From Escherichia coli (lineage in GTDB: Bacteria > Pseudomonadota > Gammaproteobacteria > Enterobacterales > Enterobacteriaceae), in the NCBI RefSeq assembly GCF_003018255.1, contig NZ_CP027440.1: a stretch of 64,000 nt of DNA. The stretch is one strand, 5' to 3'. The number at the start of each line of letters is the position of its first letter. Positions within the stretch are counted from its first letter, which is position 1. Shown here in pieces: positions 34,270 to 42,762 of the stretch. A model generated the notes under the pieces. That model made no database searches and was not told the DNA's origin. It was given only the letters and a program-made list of their open reading frames with translations. Both the position numbers and the translations under genes were made by a program.

Positions 34270-35118
34270 TCATGCTTCGTCTGGTTGCCAGCCTTCCGTA
34301 TACCAGATATGCAACAGCGCATAAGAACGCAAGGGCTTCCAGCGTTCGGCATAACGGCGGATTTGTGCCGGTGTCATTCCCGGAAATCGCTGTTTAATCA
34401 GATAATCATCCGGCAGGAAAACATCTTTCGCCTGCCAGCCGCGCAAGGCGAAATAATTCGCCGTCCAGCGCCCGATACCCGGAAAAGTTTGCAGCGTTTT
34501 CATCGCCTGCTCCACATCGCCCGGTATTGTCATTGGTAAGGTGCCCTCCAGCGCCGCATTTGCCAGATGAATCAGCGCCTCTGCCCGTTTCAACGGCATA
34601 CCTAACGCTTTTAATGCCTGCGGATCTGCTGCTGCCAGCCGCTGAGGCGTGGGGAAGCAGACATAATCCGGAAAATCATCCAGCCTTTCGCCATAAAGCT
34701 GTGCCACTCTGGCGGTCAATTTTGCCGCCATCGCCACGCTCACCAGCTGGCCTAAAATCGCCCGCACGCCCTGCTCAAAAGCATCAACACAACCGGGTAA
34801 ACGCAATCCGGGCCGTGCCGCGCCTAACTTGCCCAACGCACCGTTAACAATCTGCGGGTTACATTGCAGATCAAACAGGCGGCTCATTTTCGCCAGACAC
34901 TCTGCGGCAACGGGTTCTAAACCTGCACTTAAATTTATGTGCAGAGTATGGCTGGCTATATCCGGAATAGCAGTCACCACGCCGCGACATTCGCCCACCG
35001 CCAGACTACGGGCATAATAATCGTCAGCGACCGTTTCCACACCGTTCACCGCACGGGCGGCGAGAAATCCCAACATCCACGACCAGTCATACGGCGGCTG
35101 CCAGTTCAGGGTATACAT
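34270..35118 (-). CDS. alkA: 3-methyladenine DNA glycosylase II
   Basis: 282 aa ORF (MYTLNWQPPYDWSWMLGFLAARAV...). Confidence 0.92.
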   Translation of the reverse strand: MYTLNWQPPYDWSWMLGFLAARAVNGVETVADDYYARSLAVGECRGVVTAIPDIASHTLHINLSAGLEPVAAECLAKMSRLFDLQCNPQIVNGALGKLGAARPGLRLPGCVDAFEQGVRAILGQLVSVAMAAKLTARVAQLYGERLDDFPDYVCFPTPQRLAAADPQALKALGMPLKRAEALIHLANAALEGTLPMTIPGDVEQAMKTLQTFPGIGRWTANYFALRGWQAKDVFLPDDYLIKQRFPGMTPAQIRRYAERWKPLRSYALLHIWYTEGWQPDEA

Positions 35119-35251
35119 CGCATCTCCTTGTTAATCCGCTTTCAGCATAAACGTTATTCAGACGCTACGCTTTGCTTTCATATTCCGGTTGTCGCGACGG
35201 CAACATTTCGCTAAAGTCACGCCCCTTCTTCACCGGCATGGGGATTATTTC

Positions 35252-36604
35252 GTGTTTATTGGTTTTGATTACGGTACAGCAAACTGTTCAGTGGCGGTCA
35301 TGCGCGACGGTAAGCCGCAATTACTGAAAATGGAAAACGACAGCACGCTGCTGCCTTCAATGCTTTGCGCGCCAACGCGTGAAGCGGTAAGCGAATGGCT
35401 GTACCGCCATCATGATGTTCCGGCAGACGACGATGAAACGCAGGCGCTGTTGCGTCGGGCGATTCGTTATAACCGCGAAGAAGATATCGATGTTACGGCG
35501 AAAAGCGTGCAGTTCGGTCTTTCCTCACTGGCACAGTACATTGATGATCCAGAAGAGGTGTGGTTTGTGAAATCACCAAAATCATTCCTCGGTGCCAGCG
35601 GCTTAAAACCGCAGCAGGTAGCGCTGTTTGAGGATCTGGTCTGCGCAATGATGTTGCACATTCGCCAGCAGGCGCAGGCGCAGCTGCCGGAGGCAATTAC
35701 TCAGGCGGTGATTGGTCGCCCGATCAACTTCCAGGGGCTGGGCGGCGATGAAGCAAACGCCCAGGCGCAAGGGATTCTGGAACGCGCGGCGAAGCGTGCC
35801 GGGTTTAAGGATGTGGTATTCCAGTACGAGCCGGTCGCGGCTGGGCTGGATTACGAAGCCACCTTGCAGGAAGAAAAACGGGTGCTGGTGGTGGATATCG
35901 GCGGTGGTACGACTGACTGTTCATTGCTGCTGATGGGGCCGCAGTGGCGTTCGCGTCTCGATCGTGAAGCCAGCCTGCTGGGTCACAGTGGTTGCCGTAT
36001 TGGCGGTAACGATCTGGATATCGCACTGGCGTTTAAAAACCTGATGCCGTTACTGGGCATGGGTGGCGAAACCGAAAAAGGCATCGCCCTGCCGATTCTG
36101 CCGTGGTGGAATGCGGTTGCCATCAACGACGTTCCTGCGCAAAGTGATTTCTACAGTAGTGCCAACGGTCGTCTGCTTAACGACCTGGTACGCGATGCCC
36201 GCGAACCGGAAAAAGTGGCCCTGTTACAGAAAGTCTGGCGTCAGCGTTTAAGCTATCGCCTGGTACGTAGCGCAGAAGAGAGCAAAATTGCGCTTTCAAG
36301 CGTAGCGGAAACCCGCGCCTCACTGCCGTTTATCAGCGATGAACTGGCTACGCTGATTAGCCAGCAAGGGCTGGAAAGCGCCCTCAGCCAGCCACTGGCG
36401 CGGATTCTGGAACAGGTGCAACTGGCGCTGGATAACGCCCAGGAAAAACCGGATGTTATCTATCTGACCGGCGGTAGCGCCCGTTCACCGCTGATTAAAA
36501 AAGCGCTGACAGAACAGTTGCCGGGCATTCCGATTGCAGGTGGCGATGACTTTGGCTCCGTCACCGCCGGGCTGGCACGCTGGGCGGAAGTGGTGTTTCG
36601 TTAA
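35252..36604 (+). CDS. yegD: Hsp70-family (actin-like ATPase) protein YegD
   Basis: ORF 35189-36604; start placed at MFIGFDYGTANCSVAV giving 450 aa; DnaK-like N-terminal motif. Confidence 0.85.
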   Translation: MFIGFDYGTANCSVAVMRDGKPQLLKMENDSTLLPSMLCAPTREAVSEWLYRHHDVPADDDETQALLRRAIRYNREEDIDVTAKSVQFGLSSLAQYIDDPEEVWFVKSPKSFLGASGLKPQQVALFEDLVCAMMLHIRQQAQAQLPEAITQAVIGRPINFQGLGGDEANAQAQGILERAAKRAGFKDVVFQYEPVAAGLDYEATLQEEKRVLVVDIGGGTTDCSLLLMGPQWRSRLDREASLLGHSGCRIGGNDLDIALAFKNLMPLLGMGGETEKGIALPILPWWNAVAINDVPAQSDFYSSANGRLLNDLVRDAREPEKVALLQKVWRQRLSYRLVRSAEESKIALSSVAETRASLPFISDELATLISQQGLESALSQPLARILEQVQLALDNAQEKPDVIYLTGGSARSPLIKKALTEQLPGIPIAGGDDFGSVTAGLARWAEVVFR

Positions 36605-36616
36605 TTGAAAACTGGC

Positions 36617-38566
36617 TCAGCAACGGCTTAAATCAGCCTGCGCCTGAGCCAGTTTTTCTGCCGCCTGACGTAGCGGTTCCATCAACGGCATGGTCCGTGC
36701 TGGAGCATGAAGGCGGAATCGCTGCAACTCTGTCGCACCGACATTCAGCGCCGATTCCAGCCGATGTCGTTTGGCGGCCATTTTTGCCATTACCGCTTGT
36801 CTGTCTGCAGGCGTTACCGCTTCGTTCGGCCTGAACACAAAACGGCGTTCACAGCTCGCTTTCCAGTCGATAACCGCCTGGGTCAGATGATCACCAAAAC
36901 CTTTCACTTGCTTAACGCTCCGTCGGGTAACATCCGCTGCTGTTTCAATACCAAAGGACCGTAACGCCGCTTTACGCGCAGGGCCAACGCCGGGAATAGA
37001 GGCAACATCAATAAAAAATCCCTCCAGAAACTTCTGCTTCTGCCGTTCCCTTGCGGTGTCCTGAAGTGCTGCCAGATCGCGCTTTTCTTCTTCCGGTAAC
37101 CCAAGAATTTCGTCCTTCATTTTTTCGAGCATCGTCCGTTTGGCGATAAAACCTTCCAGCCCGCCCAACTGCTGGATCTGGCTGACTAAATGGTCATAGT
37201 CCATTTTCGCGCGATTAAACGCCTCACGGCGTTGCTGGATTTCTGCTTTGTACGCTTTGCTTGTCAGGCTGCCAATAATCCAGATAGCCGCCAGCACAGG
37301 AACCAAAATAATATAACGTGGTTCTGTCTGAAGGCCGCAAAGCAGCAGCGATAACGCTGACAGTGCGATCTCAATCAGAATGATGTATTCACGCCTTAAC
37401 AGGCCTAAAGGAAGCGGCCTGCCAGTCGGTTGGAAATGATCGGGTAATGGTAATTGCAATGCTGGCGGTGCTACTGACGCCATCACCATCGCCCAGACTT
37501 TCGCCAGCACAAAATCACCGCTGGTGGTAATGACCTCTTCGCCGAGATCAATAAAATAGATAACGCCTTGATTATCCAGAGCACACCACGGGCAGTCAGC
37601 CAAATGACCGGGATAAACATGCATTGCCGAAACGGTACATTTCTTTAACTGTTGGCGTAGTAAATCAAGTGCCGCTACCCACGCTTTTGCCGTCGGACGC
37701 CCGGTTGCCACGCCACTTTCCGTGAATGCCTGCTGAAACATGGCTTCAACATCGCCCGGTAACATCGACAGCGGAATAGATCGTGGCGGCGGTTTTAAAC
37801 CACGTCGCTGATTATCTGACGCGTAGGCATAACGGAAATGGGCAATATCCGTCTCCAGTGCATTACCCGCATCAGAGACAAGCGGTACACCGGAATAAGG
37901 ATGCCGCCCACCAAACAAGACGTGAAAAATCAGCAACGCAAGGCCAAAATTATCGTGATTCGCGGTGCGTTCAAAGCCGACAAATGATGGCAAGGTTTGT
38001 TGCTCTGGCGGCGTAAAATGCGACACGCCGACTTCGCATAAATGCAGCGTGCCATTGGCGTTAATCTGAAAGGAGTCGCTATCAATCAACACCACTTTGC
38101 TGTCGCGACCTACCATAAAGCTGTTCTGGTTTACGTCACCCACGACGTGCCCGTGCTCGTGAATCGTAGCAAAAGATGAAGCAATATTGCGCGCAACATA
38201 GAGTAGAAAATCCCACGCACAATGAGGGTAACGTTGACGACGATGTGCCGGGCTATAGATCATATGAATCGGTTCTTTACCAGAAACTTTTGGCATCATA
38301 AAACCGATTACTTTTCCGCCTCGTCCACCGTGAAGCGTTGCCTGCGGCCAGGCGACATAATTCAACAACTGCGCGTCAGCTGTCGCAGCCATAAAGGCAA
38401 GTTTGTCCTGTTTTAAGGCGGGTGGCGGCGTGTGATAAATCTTGGCGACGCTATCGACAAACTCCTCGATATCATAAACCGCGCCTTCACCGCCTTTGCC
38501 CAGTTCACAGCCTGGCGTAACGCACTCACCAGTAGCAGTATATAAAGTGGGTTTCATGGTAACCAC
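36617..38566 (-). CDS. yegI: protein kinase-like protein YegI
   Basis: 649 aa ORF; kinase-like catalytic stretch (HGHVVGDVNQNSFMV, LIDSDSF), central TM segment, C-terminal helix-hairpin-helix-like region; overlaps yegK by 13 bp. Confidence 0.8.
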   Translation of the reverse strand: MVTMKPTLYTATGECVTPGCELGKGGEGAVYDIEEFVDSVAKIYHTPPPALKQDKLAFMAATADAQLLNYVAWPQATLHGGRGGKVIGFMMPKVSGKEPIHMIYSPAHRRQRYPHCAWDFLLYVARNIASSFATIHEHGHVVGDVNQNSFMVGRDSKVVLIDSDSFQINANGTLHLCEVGVSHFTPPEQQTLPSFVGFERTANHDNFGLALLIFHVLFGGRHPYSGVPLVSDAGNALETDIAHFRYAYASDNQRRGLKPPPRSIPLSMLPGDVEAMFQQAFTESGVATGRPTAKAWVAALDLLRQQLKKCTVSAMHVYPGHLADCPWCALDNQGVIYFIDLGEEVITTSGDFVLAKVWAMVMASVAPPALQLPLPDHFQPTGRPLPLGLLRREYIILIEIALSALSLLLCGLQTEPRYIILVPVLAAIWIIGSLTSKAYKAEIQQRREAFNRAKMDYDHLVSQIQQLGGLEGFIAKRTMLEKMKDEILGLPEEEKRDLAALQDTARERQKQKFLEGFFIDVASIPGVGPARKAALRSFGIETAADVTRRSVKQVKGFGDHLTQAVIDWKASCERRFVFRPNEAVTPADRQAVMAKMAAKRHRLESALNVGATELQRFRLHAPARTMPLMEPLRQAAEKLAQAQADLSRC

Positions 38567-39315
38567 AGCGCCAGTGCCAACGTTTTATCATCATCGGTAC
38601 GCTCGTTTACCGCCGGGCCGGACAAAAACTGCTTTAACAATTCAGGTAATAAATCGAGTTGTTCCTGCGTTGCTGACGCCAGCCCATTGAAAAACGGGGT
38701 AAAGAAAGGCACATGCGGAGAATTATCCAGCATATTTAACGCCAGCCGCTGGATACCATCCGTAAATGCTGCAACTTTGTGCGCACGCTCAGTGCTGGTG
38801 AAAGTTTCCAGTCTGGAAACGGCATCTTCATCGGTAATGAAGTGCGTCATATTGGTATATTCACCCACCATCGGCGTGAGCGGCAGTTGCAAACCGTGCC
38901 CCAAATCTACCACCACGCCGCCATCGCCAATCTGCATAATCAAGGTGCCATTAGCTGATGAAATCAATCCCAAAAACGTGCAGGCAAAATCGCGAACCGC
39001 TAATTCTTTGGCTTCCGCCTCGGCAAAAAGTCGCTGACGAATGGTCAGCACAATGTCCGTTGCGAGAACATCATTAAGCCCCAATTCCCCGCCCTGCACT
39101 TTTTGCGACATATAAGCCATCGCTTCATTGACGGCGAGCATCGCACCTTCGCCTCCCTGCGAGGCGCTACCTGCGCCATCAGCGACAAATACCGACAATA
39201 ATGGCTGCTGGTCATTTAACCAGGCAACCTGCATCTGGCAGGCATCCTGGCAAGGCAAGTCCGCGCTGATGTGCGACGTTCCAACGGTTGATGCATAGAC
39301 CAGACGCCAGCTCAC
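38554..39315 (-). CDS. yegK: PP2C-family Ser/Thr phosphatase YegK (PphC)
   Basis: 253 aa ORF with PP2C-like acidic metal-binding motifs (VADGAGS, FTDGI); 4-bp overlap with yegL. Confidence 0.8.
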   Translation of the reverse strand: MSWRLVYASTVGTSHISADLPCQDACQMQVAWLNDQQPLLSVFVADGAGSASQGGEGAMLAVNEAMAYMSQKVQGGELGLNDVLATDIVLTIRQRLFAEAEAKELAVRDFACTFLGLISSANGTLIMQIGDGGVVVDLGHGLQLPLTPMVGEYTNMTHFITDEDAVSRLETFTSTERAHKVAAFTDGIQRLALNMLDNSPHVPFFTPFFNGLASATQEQLDLLPELLKQFLSGPAVNERTDDDKTLALALWLP

Positions 39316-39971
39316 ACTGACGTCCAGCCTTTTGGCGCTTCCAGCACAACTTCCGTTCCCGGCGTGGAGCGGGAAACCGAACGCAGCGAACTGGATAACC
39401 AGCTAAATAGTTCGCGGAATTGTAATCCTTGAAGAGGCAAAGGCTGACGAACGCTGATTTGGGCCAGCGTCTTCATATCCGCCCCCTGAACACCGATGGA
39501 AAAGAAGGCAAACTTCTTATCTTCTTCCCCCTGAAACACCTTGTTGGCAGCAGCCTGCCACTCATCGGTTGGTGCGCCATCGGTAATCAGGAAAATCCAC
39601 GGACGATAATAGGAAATACCATTGGCGCGATACTCACGTTTGCGCTCCTCAACCATATCCAGGGCTTTGGTAATGGCGGCCCCCATTGGTGTATCGCCCT
39701 GGGCAAACAGGATGGGCGGGAAAAAATTAGCGGCGCTGGTAAATGGTTGTTCCACATGCACCGGGCCGAACGTCACAATGCCGAGTTCCACTCTTTTTAA
39801 GGCCAGCGGATCGGCAAGCAGCTCATCGCGAAAGGTAACCAATCCGGCGTTAAGTTCATTAATAGGTCTACCGTTCATAGAACCAGAAACATCCAACAGC
39901 AAAATGCAGGGGCAACGTGGTTCCGGGTTACTGGCAAAATCGCTGGTGGCAAACGTGATTTGTTCGCTCAT
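39312..39971 (-). CDS. yegL: von Willebrand factor A domain protein YegL
   Basis: 219 aa ORF with MIDAS-like DxSxS motif (LLLDVSGSM). Confidence 0.8.
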   Translation of the reverse strand: MSEQITFATSDFASNPEPRCPCILLLDVSGSMNGRPINELNAGLVTFRDELLADPLALKRVELGIVTFGPVHVEQPFTSAANFFPPILFAQGDTPMGAAITKALDMVEERKREYRANGISYYRPWIFLITDGAPTDEWQAAANKVFQGEEDKKFAFFSIGVQGADMKTLAQISVRQPLPLQGLQFRELFSWLSSSLRSVSRSTPGTEVVLEAPKGWTSV

Positions 39972-40152
39972 AAGAAATCCTTTCTTAGAGAATTATTGAG
40001 GCCCGGTATCATACCGACTGCAACAATGAAATAAGAGCAAACGAAGAAACTTTCAGAATTAGGCCCGGCGGCGCAGAAAATTTTGCTATTCGCCTCGCAA
40101 GAACGGAGAGCCGTCGATTGACACTAAGGGCGGAGTGACATAATTTCAGGAG

Positions 40153-40298
40153 TGAGGGTTAGGGAGAGGTTTCCCCCTCCCCCTGGTGTTCTTAGTAAGC
40201 CTGGAAGCTAATCACTAAGAGTATCACCAGTATGATGACGTGCTTCATCATAACCCTTTCCTTATTAAAAGCCCTCTTCTCCGGGAGAGGGTTTCCCG
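40153..40298 (+). ncRNA. sib: Sib antitoxin sRNA, repeat unit 1 (antisense to ibs unit 1)
   Basis: -35 TTGACA (40118-40123), 17-bp spacer, -10 TAATTT (40141-40146); ends at hairpin ccctct...agaggg plus TTTCCCGTTT; ends approximate. Confidence 0.6.
40192..40251 (-). CDS. ibs: Ibs type I toxin peptide, unit 1 (MMKHVIILVILLVISFQAY)
   Basis: 19-codon hydrophobic ORF fully antisense to Sib unit 1; matches recalled Ibs family pattern MMK...LLVISFPAY. Confidence 0.7.
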   Translation of the reverse strand: MMKHVIILVILLVISFQAY

Positions 40299-40487
40299 TT
40301 TCAGCGTCCCGCTGAAATCGTCGGCTTACCTCCTTTCGCCCTGAATGCAGTCTATCGCTAACGCGTGAACAAAATAGTTTCCTCTGTGATTATTGCGTAA
40401 CGACTCGCAAAGAATATTTGCTGGCAGGATCGCAGACTACAAAGCCTGCGGATTGACAATCTTATCGTGAAGGCATAATTTCAGGAG

Positions 40488-40628
40488 TGAGGGTAGAGCG
40501 GGGTTTCCCCCGCCCTGGTAGTCTTAGTAAGCTGGCCAGCTAATAACTAAGAGCACCACGATGATGAGTAGCTTCATCATGACCCTTTCCTTATTTAAGG
40601 CCCCTTCCTCGGGAGGGGCTTTCCCGTT
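40488..40628 (+). ncRNA. sib: Sib antitoxin sRNA, repeat unit 2
   Basis: -35 TTGACA (40453-40458), 17-bp spacer, -10 TAATTT (40476-40481); terminator gccccttcctcgggaggggc plus T-tract. Confidence 0.6.
40524..40580 (-). CDS. ibs: Ibs type I toxin peptide, unit 2 (MMKLLIIVVLLVISWPAY)
   Basis: 18-codon hydrophobic ORF antisense to Sib unit 2. Confidence 0.7.
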   Translation of the reverse strand: MMKLLIIVVLLVISWPAY

Positions 40629-40815
40629 TCAGCGTCCCGCTGAAATCGGCGGCCTACCTCCTTTCGCCATGCAAGCAGTCTATCGCTAACTTGCAGATAA
40701 AATAGTTTCACATGTGATTATTGCGTAACGTCTCGCAAAGAATATTTGCTGGCAGGATCGCAGACTACAAAGCCTGCGGATTGACAATCTAATTGTGAAG
40801 GCATACTTTCAGGAG

Positions 40816-40956
40816 TGAGGGTAGAGCGGGGTTTCCCCCGCCCTGGTAGTCTTAGTAAGCCGGGAAGCTTATGACTAAGAGCACCACGATGATGATCCAC
40901 TTCATCATGACCCTTTCCTTATTTAAGGCCCCTTCCTCGGGAGGGGCTTTCCCGTT
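40816..40956 (+). ncRNA. sib: Sib antitoxin sRNA, repeat unit 3
   Basis: -35 TTGACA (40781-40786), weaker -10 TACTTT (40804-40809); same terminator hairpin as unit 2. Confidence 0.55.
40852..40908 (-). CDS. ibs: Ibs type I toxin peptide, unit 3 (MMKWIIIVVLLVISFPAY)
   Basis: 18-codon hydrophobic ORF antisense to Sib unit 3. Confidence 0.7.
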   Translation of the reverse strand: MMKWIIIVVLLVISFPAY

Positions 40957-41143
40957 TCAGCGTCCCGCTGAAATCATCGGCTTACCTCCTTTCGCCCTGA
41001 ATGCAGTCTATCGCTGACTTGCGGATAAAATAGTTTCACATGTGATTATTGCGTGACGTCTCGCAAAGAATATTTGCTGGCAGGATCGCAGACTGCAAAG
41101 CCTGCGGATTGACAATCGGACCGTGAAGGCATACTTTCAGGAG

Positions 41144-41287
41144 TGAGGGTAGAGCGGGGTTTCCCCCGCCCTGGTAGTCTTAGTAAGCTGGGTAGCTAAC
41201 GACTAAGAGCACCACGATGATGAGTATCTTCATCATGACCCTTTCCTTATTTAAGGCCCCTTCCTCGGGAGGGGCTTGCCCGTTTCA
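41144..41287 (+). ncRNA. sib: Sib antitoxin sRNA, repeat unit 4
   Basis: -35 TTGACA (41109-41114), -10 TACTTT (41132-41137); terminator hairpin followed by an interrupted T-tract (cttgcccgtttc). Confidence 0.5.
41180..41236 (-). CDS. ibs: Ibs type I toxin peptide, unit 4 (MMKILIIVVLLVVSYPAY)
   Basis: 18-codon hydrophobic ORF antisense to Sib unit 4. Confidence 0.7.
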   Translation of the reverse strand: MMKILIIVVLLVVSYPAY

Positions 41288-41443
41288 GCGTCCCGCTGAA
41301 ATCGTCGGCCTACCTCCTTTTGCCCTGAATGCAGTCTATCGCTAACGCGTAGATAAAATAGTTTCCTGTGTTATTACTGGATGGGTGCTCGCAAATGTGC
41401 CCGCCATTCAGACGATTCCCGATAGTGTTTCATAATTCCTCCA

Positions 41444-41461
41444 TTTTTCTCCCTGATTGGC
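41444..41461 (+). promoter_or_regulatory. BaeR box upstream of mdtA
   Basis: tttttctccctgattggc matches recalled BaeR consensus TTTTTCTCCATDATTGGC at 16 of 18 positions, about 55 bp upstream of the mdtA start. Confidence 0.65.
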
Positions 41462-41514
41462 TGGCTACACTAGTATCATTCCGCGAATCGTTTCAGGAAG
41501 AGAAACTCTTAACG

Positions 41515-42762
41515 ATGAAAAGCAGTTATAAATCCCGTTGGGTAATGGTAATCGTGGTGGTTATCGCCGCCATCGCCGCATTCTGGTTCTGGCAAGGCCG
41601 CAATGACTCCCGGAGTGCAGCGCCAGGGGCGACGAAACAAGCGCAGCAATCGCCAGCGGGTGGTCGCCGTGGTATGCGTTCCGGCCCATTAGCCCCGGTT
41701 CAGGCGGCGACCGCCGTAGAACAGGCAGTTCCGCGTTACCTCACCGGGCTTGGCACCATTACCGCCGCTAATACTGTTACGGTGCGCAGCCGCGTGGACG
41801 GTCAACTGATGGCGTTGCATTTCCAGGAAGGCCAGCAGGTCAAAGCAGGCGATTTACTGGCAGAAATTGACCCCAGCCAGTTCAAAGTTGCATTAGCACA
41901 AGCCCAGGGCCAACTGGCAAAAGATAAAGCCACGCTTGCCAACGCCCGCCGTGACCTGGCGCGTTATCAACAACTGGTAAAAACCAATCTCGTATCTCGT
42001 CAGGAGCTGGATGCCCAACAGGCGCTGGTCAGTGAAACCGAAGGCACCATTAAGGCTGATGAAGCAAGCGTCGCCAGCGCGCAGCTGCAACTCGACTGGA
42101 GCCGCATCACCGCACCAGTCGATGGTCGCGTTGGTCTCAAGCAGGTTGATGTTGGTAACCAAATCTCCAGTGGTGATACCACCGGGATTGTGGTGATCAC
42201 CCAGACGCATCCTATCGATTTGCTCTTTACCCTGCCGGAAAGCGATATCGCTACCGTAGTGCAGGCGCAAAAAGCCGGAAAACCGCTGGTTGTTGAAGCC
42301 TGGGATCGCACCAATTCAAAGAAATTAAGTGAAGGCACGCTGTTAAGTCTCGATAACCAAATCGATGCCACTACCGGTACGATTAAAGTGAAAGCACGCT
42401 TCAATAATCAGGATGATGCGCTGTTTCCCAATCAGTTTGTTAACGCGCGCATGTTAGTCGACACAGAGCAAAACGCTGTGGTGATCCCAACAGCCGCCCT
42501 GCAAATGGGCAATGAAGGCCATTTTGTCTGGGTGCTGAATAGCGAAAACAAGGTCAGCAAACATCTGGTGACGCCGGGCATTCAGGACAGTCAGAAAGTG
42601 GTGATCCGCGCAGGTATTTCTGCGGGCGACCGCGTAGTGACAGACGGCATTGATCGCCTGACCGAAGGGGCGAAAGTGGAAGTAGTGGAAGCCCAGAGCG
42701 CCACCACTCCGGAAGAGAAAGCCACCAGCCGCGAATACGCGAAAAAAGGAGCACGCTCCTGA
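41515..42762 (+). CDS. mdtA: RND efflux membrane fusion protein MdtA
   Basis: ORF 41368-42762; start placed at [16 protein letters not shown] giving 415 aa. Confidence 0.9.
   Translation: MKSSYKSRWVMVIVVVIAAIAAFWFWQGRNDSRSAAPGATKQAQQSPAGGRRGMRSGPLAPVQAATAVEQAVPRYLTGLGTITAANTVTVRSRVDGQLMALHFQEGQQVKAGDLLAEIDPSQFKVALAQAQGQLAKDKATLANARRDLARYQQLVKTNLVSRQELDAQQALVSETEGTIKADEASVASAQLQLDWSRITAPVDGRVGLKQVDVGNQISSGDTTGIVVITQTHPIDLLFTLPESDIATVVQAQKAGKPLVVEAWDRTNSKKLSEGTLLSLDNQIDATTGTIKVKARFNNQDDALFPNQFVNARMLVDTEQNAVVIPTAALQMGNEGHFVWVLNSENKVSKHLVTPGIQDSQKVVIRAGISAGDRVVTDGIDRLTEGAKVEVVEAQSATTPEEKATSREYAKKGARS

Noticed and set aside
40110-41300. Possible CRISPR array, because of regular direct repeats
   Set aside because: Units are ~335 bp with promoter, terminator and a small antisense ORF each; no short repeat-spacer periodicity; structure matches Sib/Ibs repeats.
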